Assembly: GCA_963674785.1 (NCBI GenBank)
Contig: OY771555.1
Coordinates: forward strand, 704,001 to 768,000
DNA: 64,000 nt
DNA from: Caldisericia bacterium
GTDB lineage: Bacteria > Caldisericota > Caldisericia > JAAYUI01
Direction of reading: 5' to 3'
Numbering within the stretch: the stretch's first letter is position 1; every line of letters begins with the position of its first letter. A program made the position numbers and the translations under genes. Positions 10,331 through 20,030 of this stretch are shown here, piece by piece. Below the pieces are notes generated by a model. That model did not search any database, was not told the origin of the DNA, and saw only the letters and a list, made by a program, of their open reading frames with translations.

Positions 10331-10957
10331 ATGAAGAAAAACTGCGGCAAAAAAACAATTATTGCTATCCTCCTGGTGACAATAATTGTCGCATTCAGTT
10401 TTCACGGAAGTTCAAGTTATGCCAAACCCAGCGGTGAGAGAATTGTTGTTGATAAAACCCTACACACCCTCACCCACTATGCAGATGATGGTTCTGTTGA
10501 ACACGTTTTCCCAATCTCCTGTGGTGCCCCGGGATATGATTCTGAAGAGGGCAATTTCAGAGTAGTCTACAAAAGTATGAATCCAAGGTGGTTTCTTGAA
10601 AGATGGAAGGAAGAAGACCCAGAAGCAAAACCATACCTCCCATATATCAAAGACCCATCAAACCCACTTGGTACAAGGTTCATGGCATTTAATGGCGACT
10701 ACGGCATCCACGGCACAAATGAACCGATGGTAATCGGAAGGCATGTCAGCCATGGTTGTATCAGGATGCAGATAACAGATGTTGAAAAGCTCTTTCCGAC
10801 TGTTGAGGTTGGAACCCCTGTTGAACTCCGCTCAGACCCAGCGATCCCTTGGAGATTGACAAATAACTTCTCTTCGTGGTGGGGTCTGCATGATATTTTG
10901 AATCTTGCGAGAAGAACTCGTGACTACAAAGAAAATCCTCCCAAACAGCAGAACTGA
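10331..10957 (+). CDS. L,D-transpeptidase (YkuD family)
   Basis: Signal peptide; NPLGTRFM, catalytic YGIHGT...SHGCIRM. Confidence 0.93.
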   Translation: MKKNCGKKTIIAILLVTIIVAFSFHGSSSYAKPSGERIVVDKTLHTLTHYADDGSVEHVFPISCGAPGYDSEEGNFRVVYKSMNPRWFLERWKEEDPEAKPYLPYIKDPSNPLGTRFMAFNGDYGIHGTNEPMVIGRHVSHGCIRMQITDVEKLFPTVEVGTPVELRSDPAIPWRLTNNFSSWWGLHDILNLARRTRDYKENPPKQQN

Positions 10958-11152
10958 TTGGGTGTCTAAATAATTGATAACTTGATAATTGAAAGTTTGA
11001 AGAAGGTTTTGGTAGAAATCCTTTGCAGTGTGACCATTAAACCTGGAGATGAAACTTAAGTGGCATTTTTTGGTATGGTCATATGTCTGCAAAGGTTAGA
11101 AACTAATTTGATTCTCACCGCAGACAAAAATGTGGTGCGAAAGGAGAAAAAC

Positions 11153-12358
11153 ATGAATTGGAATGAAAAATTTTCTGAACGCGCCGGAAGAATGAGACCT
11201 TCCGCAGTGCGAGAACTCCTGGCTCTCACACAAAGACCTGAGATCATCTCTCTTGCTGGTGGACTTCCAGACCCAGTTCTTTTCCCTGTTGACCTCTTTG
11301 CAAAATCCATGGACAAGGTCATCAGAGAAGATGCAAACATTGTTCTCCAGTACGGCGAGACACCAGGTTACAAACCACTTCGAGAGGTGCTTGTTGATCG
11401 CTGTAACAAAGAAGGCGAGAACATCACAATCGAAAACCTCATCGTCACAACAGCATCACAGCAGGGAATCGACCTTATCGGTAAGGTTTTCATCGACCCA
11501 GGTGATACAGTAATCGTCGAAGGTCCAACCTACCTTGCAGCCATTCAGGCATTTGGAGTTTACGGTGCAGAGTTTGCAACCGTTGACATGGATGACCAGG
11601 GAATGAGAATGGACAAATTGGATGAGTGCCTTGCAGACCTTGATAAAAAAGGCATCAAACCAAAATTCATCTATTCAGTTCCAACCTTCCAGAACCCAGC
11701 CGGTTACACAATGCCAATCGAAAGAAGAAAACATCTTCTCAAGGTAGCAAAAGAACGTGGTATTCCAATCATTGAAGACAATCCATATGGTGACCTCAGA
11801 TTTGCTGGTGAAAAAGTGGAATCATTCCAGTCAATGGACAAAGAGAAAGACACCGTCATTTCACTCCGAACATTCAGCAAAATCCTCTGTCCAGGTCTTA
11901 GACTTGGTTGGATTGTTGGTCCAGAGCCAGCCGTTGATAAGCTTCTCAAAGCAAAACAAGCATCAGACCTCTGCTCACCAGTAACCACACAGGCAGCAGC
12001 CGCTGACTTCATCAAGCAGGGACACCTCGATGCACACATCCCAAAAATCATCGCAGCTTACAAAGAAAAATATGAAAAAATGCGTGACTCAATCGACAAA
12101 TACTTCCCAAAAATTGATGGACTCACCTACACAAAAGCCGAGGGTGGAATGTTTGTCTGGGTAACACTTCCAGAGAGATACAACACAACCGAGATGTTTA
12201 AGAAAGCTCTTGAAAACAAGGTTGCATACATTGTCGGATCAGCATTCTATGCAAACGGCAAAGGACACAACACATTTAGGCTTAACTTCTCATTCCCAAC
12301 TCTCGATAAAATCGAGGAAGGAATCAAAAGAATCGGAAAACTGCTAGAAAACGAGTAG
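11153..12358 (+). CDS. PLP-dependent class I/II aminotransferase (LysN/2-aminoadipate transaminase-like)
   Basis: ISLAGGLP, PTFQNPAG, IIEDNPY, TFSKILCPGLRLGW; start at ATG 11153 behind AAGGAG. Confidence 0.92.
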   Translation: MNWNEKFSERAGRMRPSAVRELLALTQRPEIISLAGGLPDPVLFPVDLFAKSMDKVIREDANIVLQYGETPGYKPLREVLVDRCNKEGENITIENLIVTTASQQGIDLIGKVFIDPGDTVIVEGPTYLAAIQAFGVYGAEFATVDMDDQGMRMDKLDECLADLDKKGIKPKFIYSVPTFQNPAGYTMPIERRKHLLKVAKERGIPIIEDNPYGDLRFAGEKVESFQSMDKEKDTVISLRTFSKILCPGLRLGWIVGPEPAVDKLLKAKQASDLCSPVTTQAAAADFIKQGHLDAHIPKIIAAYKEKYEKMRDSIDKYFPKIDGLTYTKAEGGMFVWVTLPERYNTTEMFKKALENKVAYIVGSAFYANGKGHNTFRLNFSFPTLDKIEEGIKRIGKLLENE

Positions 12359-12377
12359 TAAAGGAAGGATCGATATC

Positions 12378-13451
12378 GTGGCTAAGAAGAAATACATGCC
12401 CATAACGGATGAAGATGTAGCTCCAGAAAAAAAGGTTAGAAAACCAAAAGCATCAGGTGAAGGGTTTAATTATAAAACCTTGTTCTACGTATCTTTGATT
12501 TTGGTTGTGCTTCTGATTGCAGTGTTTGTTATCCCTTGGGGTGGCAGCAGTAGCAATGAAACACACGACGAAAAAATCCACACTCTGCTTGGAAGCTCGT
12601 ATGTGGAGCTTGGAAGAAAAGAGACAGCAACAGACATTGATGATGCCTCAAACAAGGTCGTCTACTGGACTTGGAATGACAGGAATGGTGCCTGGGGATA
12701 CTGCACAGAGCTACCAATCCCTGGTTACCCAAATGTTTTGCTTGTTGTTGACTCCAATGTAAAGGTTGTCGGAATGATCGAGACAAGCCCAATTGGTGCA
12801 GGAATCAAGAGACAGGCAGAGTATAAAGATATTCTTGAAAAATACTCCGGAAAAAGTCTGCTTGATTTCACGTACATTGAGACATCCATTCCAGAGGGTG
12901 AGACCTCAAAATTTAGAGGGCTTCTGCGCGATGCTGCTGCAAATGCAATGAAGGTCTTATACATTGAGGTCAATGGTGAATCGATGTTCAGGTCAAACTT
13001 CCCACAGGGAATCAAGTTCGCCAAGGTCGGCTCGAAGCTTGAACCATGGAGTGTTGAACTCTATGGTGGTGGCACACTCTCAAGTAACCAGTACAAGGGA
13101 AGAAAGTATGCCTTCCTTGCAACCTCATCATGTGGCTCATGTAGAAATACCATCGTCAACATCTCACAGAGACTTCAGAATGAGGGTAGGATGGGAACAG
13201 ACCAGATCATCATGATCTACACATCCAAAGAAGAAAAACTTGAGTATCTTCAAAAACAGATCACAGACGAACCTGTCATTCTTGATGTCAGCCAGAGGGG
13301 CTTTTCAACAAAGATTTCTCTTACCGAGTCAACCCCTTGCATGATGCTTGTTGATGGCAACGGTACAGTTGTTGCAAAAGCCGGTTCACAGATCCTCAGT
13401 GATACAAGTTCAATGAACAAGATTCTTGAGGGCTTCTTTTCTGCCCCCTAG
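12378..13451 (+). CDS. Membrane-anchored protein with C-terminal thioredoxin/redoxin-like domain (CGSC)
   Basis: Single TM; C-terminal VGSKLEPW...YKGRK...SSCGSCR...TPCMMLVDGNGTV matches a TlpA/AhpC-like fold; GTG start behind AAGGAAGG. Confidence 0.7.
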   Translation: MAKKKYMPITDEDVAPEKKVRKPKASGEGFNYKTLFYVSLILVVLLIAVFVIPWGGSSSNETHDEKIHTLLGSSYVELGRKETATDIDDASNKVVYWTWNDRNGAWGYCTELPIPGYPNVLLVVDSNVKVVGMIETSPIGAGIKRQAEYKDILEKYSGKSLLDFTYIETSIPEGETSKFRGLLRDAAANAMKVLYIEVNGESMFRSNFPQGIKFAKVGSKLEPWSVELYGGGTLSSNQYKGRKYAFLATSSCGSCRNTIVNISQRLQNEGRMGTDQIIMIYTSKEEKLEYLQKQITDEPVILDVSQRGFSTKISLTESTPCMMLVDGNGTVVAKAGSQILSDTSSMNKILEGFFSAP

Positions 13452-13493
13452 ATTGGGTGTTTTTTCTGATATCACGATAACAAAATTAAAACC

Positions 13494-13522
13494 AAAGGCC
13501 GAGAGTTTTCTCGGCCTTTTTT
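13494..13522 (+). terminator. Rho-independent terminator
   Basis: AAAGGCCGAGA-gttt-TCTCGGCCTTT followed by a T-run. Confidence 0.85.
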
Positions 13523-13539
13523 GTTTGGTTATATTCTCT

Positions 13540-13912
13540 TGTCATTCAAGAATTCTCCCCGTCATTCCTAGTGGTTCATGATCTCGTTTCATCCTGAGCC
13601 AACTTAAGGGTCAGAGGATGACAAGGAATCTCCCCTTGTAATTCCATTCAGTTACAGTTCAGCAAGAAGAGGTAGAGTTATTGTTCACCAAATTGAGATA
13701 ATACGCATATTTTGTCTGAGACCCCAGGTTTCCTCCCGGGTGACTGAGAGTAGAAAATAAAAAAGCCGATCCCTACCGGGGGGAGGGAATCGGCTCATTG
13801 AGAGATTTCTTTTTTTGTTCGAGTTTTTTTAAAATTTTTCAAAAAAATCTATGTGTCCCAAAGAATGATAAAATTTCAAAGCTTAGACCCCGGATCAAGT
13901 CCGGGGTGACGG
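13540..13912. repeat. Degenerate CGTC-type REP-like repeats
   Basis: GTCATTC starts at 13541 and 13561; GACCCCAGG..CCCGGGTGAC near 13720-13744; TAGACCCCGGATCAAGTCCGGGGTGACGG at 13884-13912, similar to the 28323-28399 ends. Confidence 0.6.
13754..13795 (-). terminator. Rho-independent terminator for the SPFH gene
   Basis: AGCCGATCCCT...AGGGAATCGGCT stem preceded by an A-tract on the plus strand (T-tract on minus). Confidence 0.65.
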
Positions 13913-13922
13913 TTGGTATTTC

Positions 13923-14924
13923 CTAGTTGCCGCCTAATGATCCGATATCAAGTATCAAACCATTATCGCCACCCATCACAGATGGAAGGATTCCATTCCA
14001 TTTTTCAATCCATCTGCTCTGGAGGATTGCTGGTGTGAGCGAGACATTGATAAGCTCCTGCTCAATCTTTTTTGCCTCTGCCTGTGTTTTTGCAATCTCT
14101 TTCCTTGTTTTTGCCTCTTCGAGTTCACGTTCTGCTTTTTCTACCTTCTGCTGAGCAATTTGTTTGTCTTCGATTGCCTGGGTGTAGGCTTCGGAGTAGC
14201 TGATGTTTACAATGTTTACTTCGGCAAAGTTCACAACGTTGTCTAAGAAGTAAAGAATCTCAGAATCTTCAGTTTTTTCAAAAACATAGCAGTTTCTGGT
14301 TATCCCATTCCACGTAACAGCTTTTGTTTCTCGGTCAGTGTTTATCATATCTGTTGTGCCAATGCTTCTGAAATCTGCAACTGTCGATCCATTTTTCACT
14401 TCAAGAAAGATCGGACTCTTAGTATTTTCCATGAGAGTTTCTTCGCACTGTGATTTGATTTTTTCTCGAGAAACATGGATTGTGGTGGTGTCAAATTGTG
14501 ATGCAACGGCTTTAATAACCTGGTTAGAACTCGGTCTCACAATTTTTTCCGTGACCCTTTCAACATTACCGTATGTCTCATAGATGTATTTTATATATTC
14601 TGGATTCATCGCATAAAGAATGACGATATCCATGTAGACATCCTGCTGTTGCTTAGAGAATGTTTCGGCTTTGAATGAGTATTCAAGCTGTCTCGTCTCC
14701 ATCAGTTCCACTTTTTCAACAAATGGAATCAGAAGATGCAAACCTGGGTCAATTGTACCTTTGACATCACCAAATCTAAGCACCACACCCTTGTGTCCTG
14801 CCGGAACTGTCACAAACCCATTCCAGATAATTATCAGAACAATGGCAACAATCACTCCAATTGTCCATAATCTTGCGGTGTTTCCACCAGAACCCTGCTT
14901 CACGTATCTTTCAAATGTCGACAT
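13923..14924 (-). CDS. Prohibitin/SPFH (band 7) family protein, full length with coiled coil
   Basis: TM, VPAGHKGVVLRFG..GLHLLIPF, NISYSEAYTQAIEDKQIAQQ coiled coil, WIEKWNGILP C-terminus; start ATG 14924 behind AAGGAGG. Confidence 0.92.
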   Translation of the reverse strand: MSTFERYVKQGSGGNTARLWTIGVIVAIVLIIIWNGFVTVPAGHKGVVLRFGDVKGTIDPGLHLLIPFVEKVELMETRQLEYSFKAETFSKQQQDVYMDIVILYAMNPEYIKYIYETYGNVERVTEKIVRPSSNQVIKAVASQFDTTTIHVSREKIKSQCEETLMENTKSPIFLEVKNGSTVADFRSIGTTDMINTDRETKAVTWNGITRNCYVFEKTEDSEILYFLDNVVNFAEVNIVNISYSEAYTQAIEDKQIAQQKVEKAERELEEAKTRKEIAKTQAEAKKIEQELINVSLTPAILQSRWIEKWNGILPSVMGGDNGLILDIGSLGGN

Positions 14925-15062
14925 TTCTGCCTCCTTAATTAGTTGTCTGTCGCTTATTATAATAGACACACGACCAAAAGAAAAATTTTTTTGTGGGTGT
15001 TAAACTTTTGAGTTTAAGATGCGTAGGTGATTGATTTTTCAAATATAAGGAATACAATTTAG

Positions 15063-15398
15063 ATGGAGGTTTTTAATGGCTTTATCAAAAAAGAGATCGA
15101 AGAAAGAGATGCGATGCTGGATAAACTTGCTGAAGCGTTAGAAAATGCCTTCAAGTACTATGACAAACACTTCAGAGGATATGATCATAGAAATTCTGAA
15201 TTGATTGAAGGACTCAAAGACGTTAGGGACATGGAAGAATATAAAAGCGATACCCATAAACCCTTAAGACGCGTTCTATGTTCGCTTATTGATACACTTG
15301 AACATCAGAATAGAGCCTTTAAAGCTGATAGAGAATTACTAGAACCTACATTCGGTATTCTTGAAAGCCTTAGATCAGTTTTAAAGTTTGAACAATAG
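15063..15398 (+). CDS. Hypothetical helical protein
   Basis: 111-aa charged ORF upstream of the TA pair; start uncertain (see findings). Confidence 0.55.
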   Translation: MEVFNGFIKKEIEERDAMLDKLAEALENAFKYYDKHFRGYDHRNSELIEGLKDVRDMEEYKSDTHKPLRRVLCSLIDTLEHQNRAFKADRELLEPTFGILESLRSVLKFEQ

Positions 15399-15436
15399 TC
15401 ACATTTTACTATACTTATAATTGAGAGGAGGATGTT

Positions 15437-15895
15437 ATGGATAGAGTTGTTACTGTTCTAGATGTTGCTGACTATTTCTTGTACAGAACTGCACATAGCG
15501 ATGAGGATGACCAAATGACTCATCTTAGATTGCAGAAGCTTGTATACTATGCACAAGGATACCACCTTGCTTATTTTGGAAAACCTTTGTTTGAGGAAAA
15601 AATTGAAGCATGGACACATGGTCCAGTTGTTCCTAGATTGTACAGTGAGTATAGAGATCATGGTAGTTGCGCGATAATCCCACTTTTGCCGTTTAACCCT
15701 GCAGATATTTTTACACAAGACCAGTTGGATATGCTTGATGATGTCTGGGAGGAATACAGTCAATATTCTGCAATAGGACTTCGAAATCTAACTCACAATG
15801 AAAGTCCATGGATTGACACACCCAGGGATTGTGAAATTACTCATGATAAGATGCTTTCTTTTTTCAGCTGTATGATTGATAATGACAAAGAATAG
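15437..15895 (+). CDS. Panacea (DUF4065/SocA/GepA-like) antitoxin
   Basis: LQKLVYYAQG, LFEEKIEAWTHGPVVPRLY, LRNLTHNESPW motifs; strong SD GAGGAGG. Confidence 0.92.
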   Translation: MDRVVTVLDVADYFLYRTAHSDEDDQMTHLRLQKLVYYAQGYHLAYFGKPLFEEKIEAWTHGPVVPRLYSEYRDHGSCAIIPLLPFNPADIFTQDQLDMLDDVWEEYSQYSAIGLRNLTHNESPWIDTPRDCEITHDKMLSFFSCMIDNDKE

Positions 15896-16292
15896 CGGAA
15901 AAAATAGAAAATCAAAGATTAAAAAGAGAGACAAGAACGAATTAAAGAATACAACAAATAGTTTACACCCTAGATTTTCTTTTTATTTATCTCATAGAAA
16001 GTATTGCCCAAGTGTGTGCTCCGAAAGAACAAAAAAGCTCCTTGTTGATAAATTGGTGTATTTGGGCAAGAATACTTGGAGTCAAATAAATCAGTTCCCT
16101 AGAGAAACTGGATTCGAGAAAATTGAAAAAAACAGTATTATACCAGAAGCAACAGAAGGGGCTGAAAAACAGACTTACTATTTGTCCACGAGATTAGACG
16201 AAAGAATGAGGATGGTAGGCTTTAGGGAAAAAGAAGTATTTCACATAATTTGGATTGAGGAGGATCAGGGGAAGGTTTATCCACACGGGTAG
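15876..16292 (+). CDS. Putative toxin partner of the Panacea antitoxin (RelE-like fold, MAG6450-like)
   Basis: Overlaps the antitoxin 3' end; basic N-terminus, TWSQI..GFEKI, RMVGFREKEVFHIIWIE..KVYPHG C-terminus typical of genes paired with DUF4065. Confidence 0.7.
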   Translation: MIMTKNSGKNRKSKIKKRDKNELKNTTNSLHPRFSFYLSHRKYCPSVCSERTKKLLVDKLVYLGKNTWSQINQFPRETGFEKIEKNSIIPEATEGAEKQTYYLSTRLDERMRMVGFREKEVFHIIWIEEDQGKVYPHG

Positions 16293-16294
16293 AG

Positions 16295-16642
16295 TTACAC
16301 TTCCAATTTCTCCAGTGCCTCAGAAATAGTGCTGGCAATATGGTCACGTTTGAAGCTCTCGGGGGCAAACATTGAAATCATCAACATAAACATCCCGCTT
16401 GCGACAAGACAATAACTCGAAAAACCAGAGGTGAATTTCTCAGTTGCGATATCTACGGCATCCCTTGCAACATCTGTTGGGATGTGTTCCATCTTTGTAA
16501 TATTTAGAATACATTTCAAGCCCTTGCCGATATATTCCTTTGCCTTGTCCGTAAGTTCGTCAATATCCTCTCTTGCGACATCGCCAATAAGGTTGAATAC
16601 CACAAGGTTTTTTTCGGTATCAAATTGCGTTTCTAGTTTCAT
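16295..16642 (-). CDS. STAS/SEC14 (SpoIIAA-like) small protein
   Basis: LVVFNLIGDVARED, CILNITKM, TISEALEKL pattern. Confidence 0.6.
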   Translation of the reverse strand: MKLETQFDTEKNLVVFNLIGDVAREDIDELTDKAKEYIGKGLKCILNITKMEHIPTDVARDAVDIATEKFTSGFSSYCLVASGMFMLMISMFAPESFKRDHIASTISEALEKLEV

Positions 16643-16747
16643 GTACCATTACTTTATATCTTTGTTATTTTTTTTACACAAAAAAATTTATTTTTCCTTT
16701 TTGGTTCATATAATGTAGGAAATAGTTTTTGTTTGGAGAGGGGATCT

Positions 16748-17554
16748 ATGCAAGACTTGCAACCTAGAAAAAGCTCATCCCGGAAATGGGTCGGTGTGAT
16801 TTTGGTGACCATTATCATGACAGTGTTTTTCAAATATGGATTTGTGACAGTTCCAGCGGGATATGTTGGGATTCATCATAGAGCAGGAAAGATAACAGGG
16901 GTTCGTTGCTCGGGACTTCATTTCCAGATTCCTTTTATAGATAAAACTGTTCCTTTTGAAACAAGACAGAGGTGTATTGATAAAAAGATTGAGTGTTTTA
17001 GTTCTGAGATGATGGATGTAAAACTCGACATCACGCTTCTATATGATATTAATCCTGATATTGTTGAATATGCGTACAAGAAATATGGTACAAATGATGA
17101 CATTTCCTCAAATCTTGTTAGGCCGATGCTTGAACACACTGTCACATCAATTATTTCAAATCAAAAAATTCGAGGAATTCACCTTGAAAGGGATGAGTTA
17201 TCAAAAAATATTAAAGATGAATTGATGGACAAAACTAGAAAAATGTTTATTTGGGATTCTTCTGACGGAGGTGCAACTTTTAGTTTGTTGGGAGCTTATG
17301 AGCCTGATGGGATAAAGACAAATCCAAACATCGAACCCCAGCCAGTTTTTATGGGTTTAAGGAAGGTTGATGGCTACAAGATTCAATCATATGGTGATTA
17401 TAGGAAGTTTTACACATATCATTCGATAATAAATGTTTGCACAGTGGATATTCGGAATATTGATTATTCGGAAGAATTTAAAAGGGAACTAACAAGAATC
17501 CAAATGGCTGAACAGAAAAGAAAGGCAGAGAATGTGAAGGAGGTGGTTCCATGA
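16748..17554 (+). CDS. SPFH/prohibitin paralog 1 (insertion present, short coiled coil)
   Basis: FVTVPAGYVGI..GLHFQIPFID..FETRQ, NIDYSEEFKRE; clearly homologous to 13923-14924; ATG behind GGAGAGGG. Confidence 0.88.
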   Translation: MQDLQPRKSSSRKWVGVILVTIIMTVFFKYGFVTVPAGYVGIHHRAGKITGVRCSGLHFQIPFIDKTVPFETRQRCIDKKIECFSSEMMDVKLDITLLYDINPDIVEYAYKKYGTNDDISSNLVRPMLEHTVTSIISNQKIRGIHLERDELSKNIKDELMDKTRKMFIWDSSDGGATFSLLGAYEPDGIKTNPNIEPQPVFMGLRKVDGYKIQSYGDYRKFYTYHSIINVCTVDIRNIDYSEEFKRELTRIQMAEQKRKAENVKEVVP

Positions 17555-18207
17555 CTCTAGATCCATTCGAAAGTGAAAGAGTTAGGGACAACAAAAAAAT
17601 AATCAAAGGTTGGGTTATCTTTGGTGTGTTGTGCATCCTTGTTTTTGCTGGTTACATCTTCTTTCAAAGCGCTGTGGTTATTGATGATGAGCAGCTGGGA
17701 CATGTGTATAGTGGTGGAGAGTTGGTGGATATTTATGGATCAGGGTTTCACTTCATAAATCCATTTTCTCAAGAACTGAAGTTATATAGCACAAAAATGC
17801 AAAACTACTCAACATTAACTGAGTCTTTTTCATCAGATGATCAGGATGTATTTTTGAGTGTGGATGTTTTATATAGATTTTATCCAGATTGCTTCGACGA
17901 AATATTAGAAAATAAATCTGAAGAACAAATTGTTTATAAACTGATACACCCTAGCATATCTCAAGTTCTCAAAAAAGTTATATCAAACTATATGGCTTTG
18001 GATATTCCAAAATACAGAGATGAAATAGCAAGTATCTGTATAGTCTTATTGAACAAAGAGATAGGAAGGTATAAGACCATCAAAATCGAAGATGTCTTCA
18101 TAACGAACATCAATTATTCAGGTGATTTTTATAAAAGAATAGAAAAAACTGTGATGCCAAAGGTTTTAGAAGAATATGAACAAAAAAGCTTCGAAAGGAC
18201 ACCATAA
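17551..18207 (+). CDS. SPFH paralog 2 (no insertion, no long coiled coil)
   Basis: TM, GFHFINPF, SFSSDDQDV, IKIEDVFITNINYSGDF. Confidence 0.85.
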   Translation: MTLDPFESERVRDNKKIIKGWVIFGVLCILVFAGYIFFQSAVVIDDEQLGHVYSGGELVDIYGSGFHFINPFSQELKLYSTKMQNYSTLTESFSSDDQDVFLSVDVLYRFYPDCFDEILENKSEEQIVYKLIHPSISQVLKKVISNYMALDIPKYRDEIASICIVLLNKEIGRYKTIKIEDVFITNINYSGDFYKRIEKTVMPKVLEEYEQKSFERTP

Positions 18208-18208
18208 A

Positions 18209-19018
18209 ATGGGAAAAGATTTATTCGATCCATTTGAGGATGAAGAGGTCATTGAAGAAACATTGACCGATGATGATAAAAAAGAACAACCAAGAAAGCA
18301 CTGGGGAAAGATTATCATTGCAGCAGTTATAATCCTGGTCTGTCTGGGGCTTGTTGTAAACTATATCATTGGCAGGGGCACCTTCAGGCAGTCGCAGGTC
18401 GGAAGGACAATTTTCAGGACAAATCACACAAAAGATGGCAAGCGATACCTTGTAAACCCTGAGCTTCCCGGTGGATACGAGGTTGTTGACCTTGCTATCA
18501 AAGAAACCCAGTTCGAAAAAAGAAGAATATCAAAAGACGGTGTACAGATTGAAATGGTTGTGAGTGTCAGCTACTGGCCAAATCAGAACTATCTCGATTA
18601 TCAATATAAACATCACAGAGCTACATCAGACGGAAAGTTTGATATAGACAAGATAGCAAGAGACTTTGTTTTGGATAATCTCAGCGCATTTATCTCAAAC
18701 CACGATTCATCATGGTTGCTTGAAAACTCAAGCGAGATGCAGGAAGAAATCCAGAAACTTTTTGATGAAAAAACAAAAAAGGCTTTTGTGTTTGAATACT
18801 TTGGCGCAGGCAGGAATGAGAGACTTGTGGAATATTGTGAGCTTTCCAAGGTTGATATTGTGGATTCTCTTGAAACAAAGATGTTTGAGAGGAACAAGTG
18901 GGGCAATCATGCTTACCTGATTGAGAGTACTGATGATTACAAGAAATACTATATTATCGATGATTTTATAAGAATAGGATCAGTAAAAGCCAACAAAATA
19001 AAGAGGATAAAATGGTAG
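18209..19018 (+). CDS. Divergent SPFH paralog 3
   Basis: TM, ISKDGVQIEMVVSVSYWPN SPFH strand motif, shared insertion; start at ATG 18209 behind AAAGGA. Confidence 0.7.
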   Translation: MGKDLFDPFEDEEVIEETLTDDDKKEQPRKHWGKIIIAAVIILVCLGLVVNYIIGRGTFRQSQVGRTIFRTNHTKDGKRYLVNPELPGGYEVVDLAIKETQFEKRRISKDGVQIEMVVSVSYWPNQNYLDYQYKHHRATSDGKFDIDKIARDFVLDNLSAFISNHDSSWLLENSSEMQEEIQKLFDEKTKKAFVFEYFGAGRNERLVEYCELSKVDIVDSLETKMFERNKWGNHAYLIESTDDYKKYYIIDDFIRIGSVKANKIKRIKW

Positions 19019-19785
19019 AAAAAGCAAACCAAACATTAAAAAACAAAAGAAAAGGTACAGATAGACCTATTGAAAAAATTGCATTGGCGCTTTTTATTGT
19101 GTTTCTGATTATTTCAGCACTTCTGTTCATCAGATCAACAGTAATCGAGATAAAAGAAGGTGTAGTTGGCTTGGTGCAATATCACAATGGAAACAGAGAA
19201 ATCCTTTATACAGGTAGACACTATGTTGGCTCTGAAAAAACCAATATAAGGTTATACTCCACAGAAAAACGGACTCTTGAGACAAGCGTATCAGTTGATA
19301 ATGGAGATTCAAAGAAGGCTGATATTCTCATAAAAGCATACTACGCTCTTGATTTAGAGTATGTTAAGAGTTTTTATGGCAGATTCAGAGGGATGGAAGA
19401 AATTGAGGATTGCCTTCGAGTTAAGCTGGAAACGTTTGTAAAATCATTCTATTTTGATGAAGTTGAAAATGTAGATATTGAATCAAAAAAAGACGAAATA
19501 TTGAACAAATTCTCAAACGCCCTGAATGAAGATCTCAAACAAATTATCATCCTTGAGAGGTTTGATGATGATGAAAAATTCTCGATGTCGGCATCTGCAA
19601 TTATCGATAAAGATGACCCTGATATCCCAAAAGTTCTGCAGAAAATAACAACGGAAGTTGATGACGACACGATGGATGTGTTTGTAATTGATGAACATGA
19701 GGATGGGTATATCAGCAAGGTAGGTTTCTATGGTGATATCTTCACAATTTTGGATATCAATGTGAATGAAGTATCTGGGAAGTAG
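19012..19785 (+). CDS. Divergent SPFH paralog 4
   Basis: TM, IKEGVVGLV..GRHYV, IRLYSTEKR, shared insertion. Confidence 0.72.
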   Translation: MVEKANQTLKNKRKGTDRPIEKIALALFIVFLIISALLFIRSTVIEIKEGVVGLVQYHNGNREILYTGRHYVGSEKTNIRLYSTEKRTLETSVSVDNGDSKKADILIKAYYALDLEYVKSFYGRFRGMEEIEDCLRVKLETFVKSFYFDEVENVDIESKKDEILNKFSNALNEDLKQIIILERFDDDEKFSMSASAIIDKDDPDIPKVLQKITTEVDDDTMDVFVIDEHEDGYISKVGFYGDIFTILDINVNEVSGK

Positions 19786-19789
19786 GGCT

Positions 19790-20030
19790 CATGAACAAAT
19801 ACCTAAAAGCAGTAATAATTTTTGTGCTGTGTTTCGTGGCACTCTTTTTGATTTTGAAATTGACATATAGACTTCCGAAGGAGTTTGAAAATATAAGAAT
19901 CTTTGACAAGCTTGGAGACTCACTTGATGAACTTGAAAACTCAAGCAACCGTGGGTTTGACGGATACGACTTTACTGAAGCACTCAAGGTGCTTGAAGGA
20001 ATGAATAAAGGAAATGACTGAAGAATTTGA
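19790..20030 (+). repeat. 241-bp direct repeat, copy 1
   Basis: Near-identical to 21564-21804 from CATGAACAAATACC to GAAGAATTTGA. Confidence 0.95.
19791..20021 (+). CDS. Small single-TM protein (copy A)
   Basis: 76 aa, N-terminal TM; near-identical copy at 21565. Confidence 0.7.
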   Translation: MNKYLKAVIIFVLCFVALFLILKLTYRLPKEFENIRIFDKLGDSLDELENSSNRGFDGYDFTEALKVLEGMNKGND

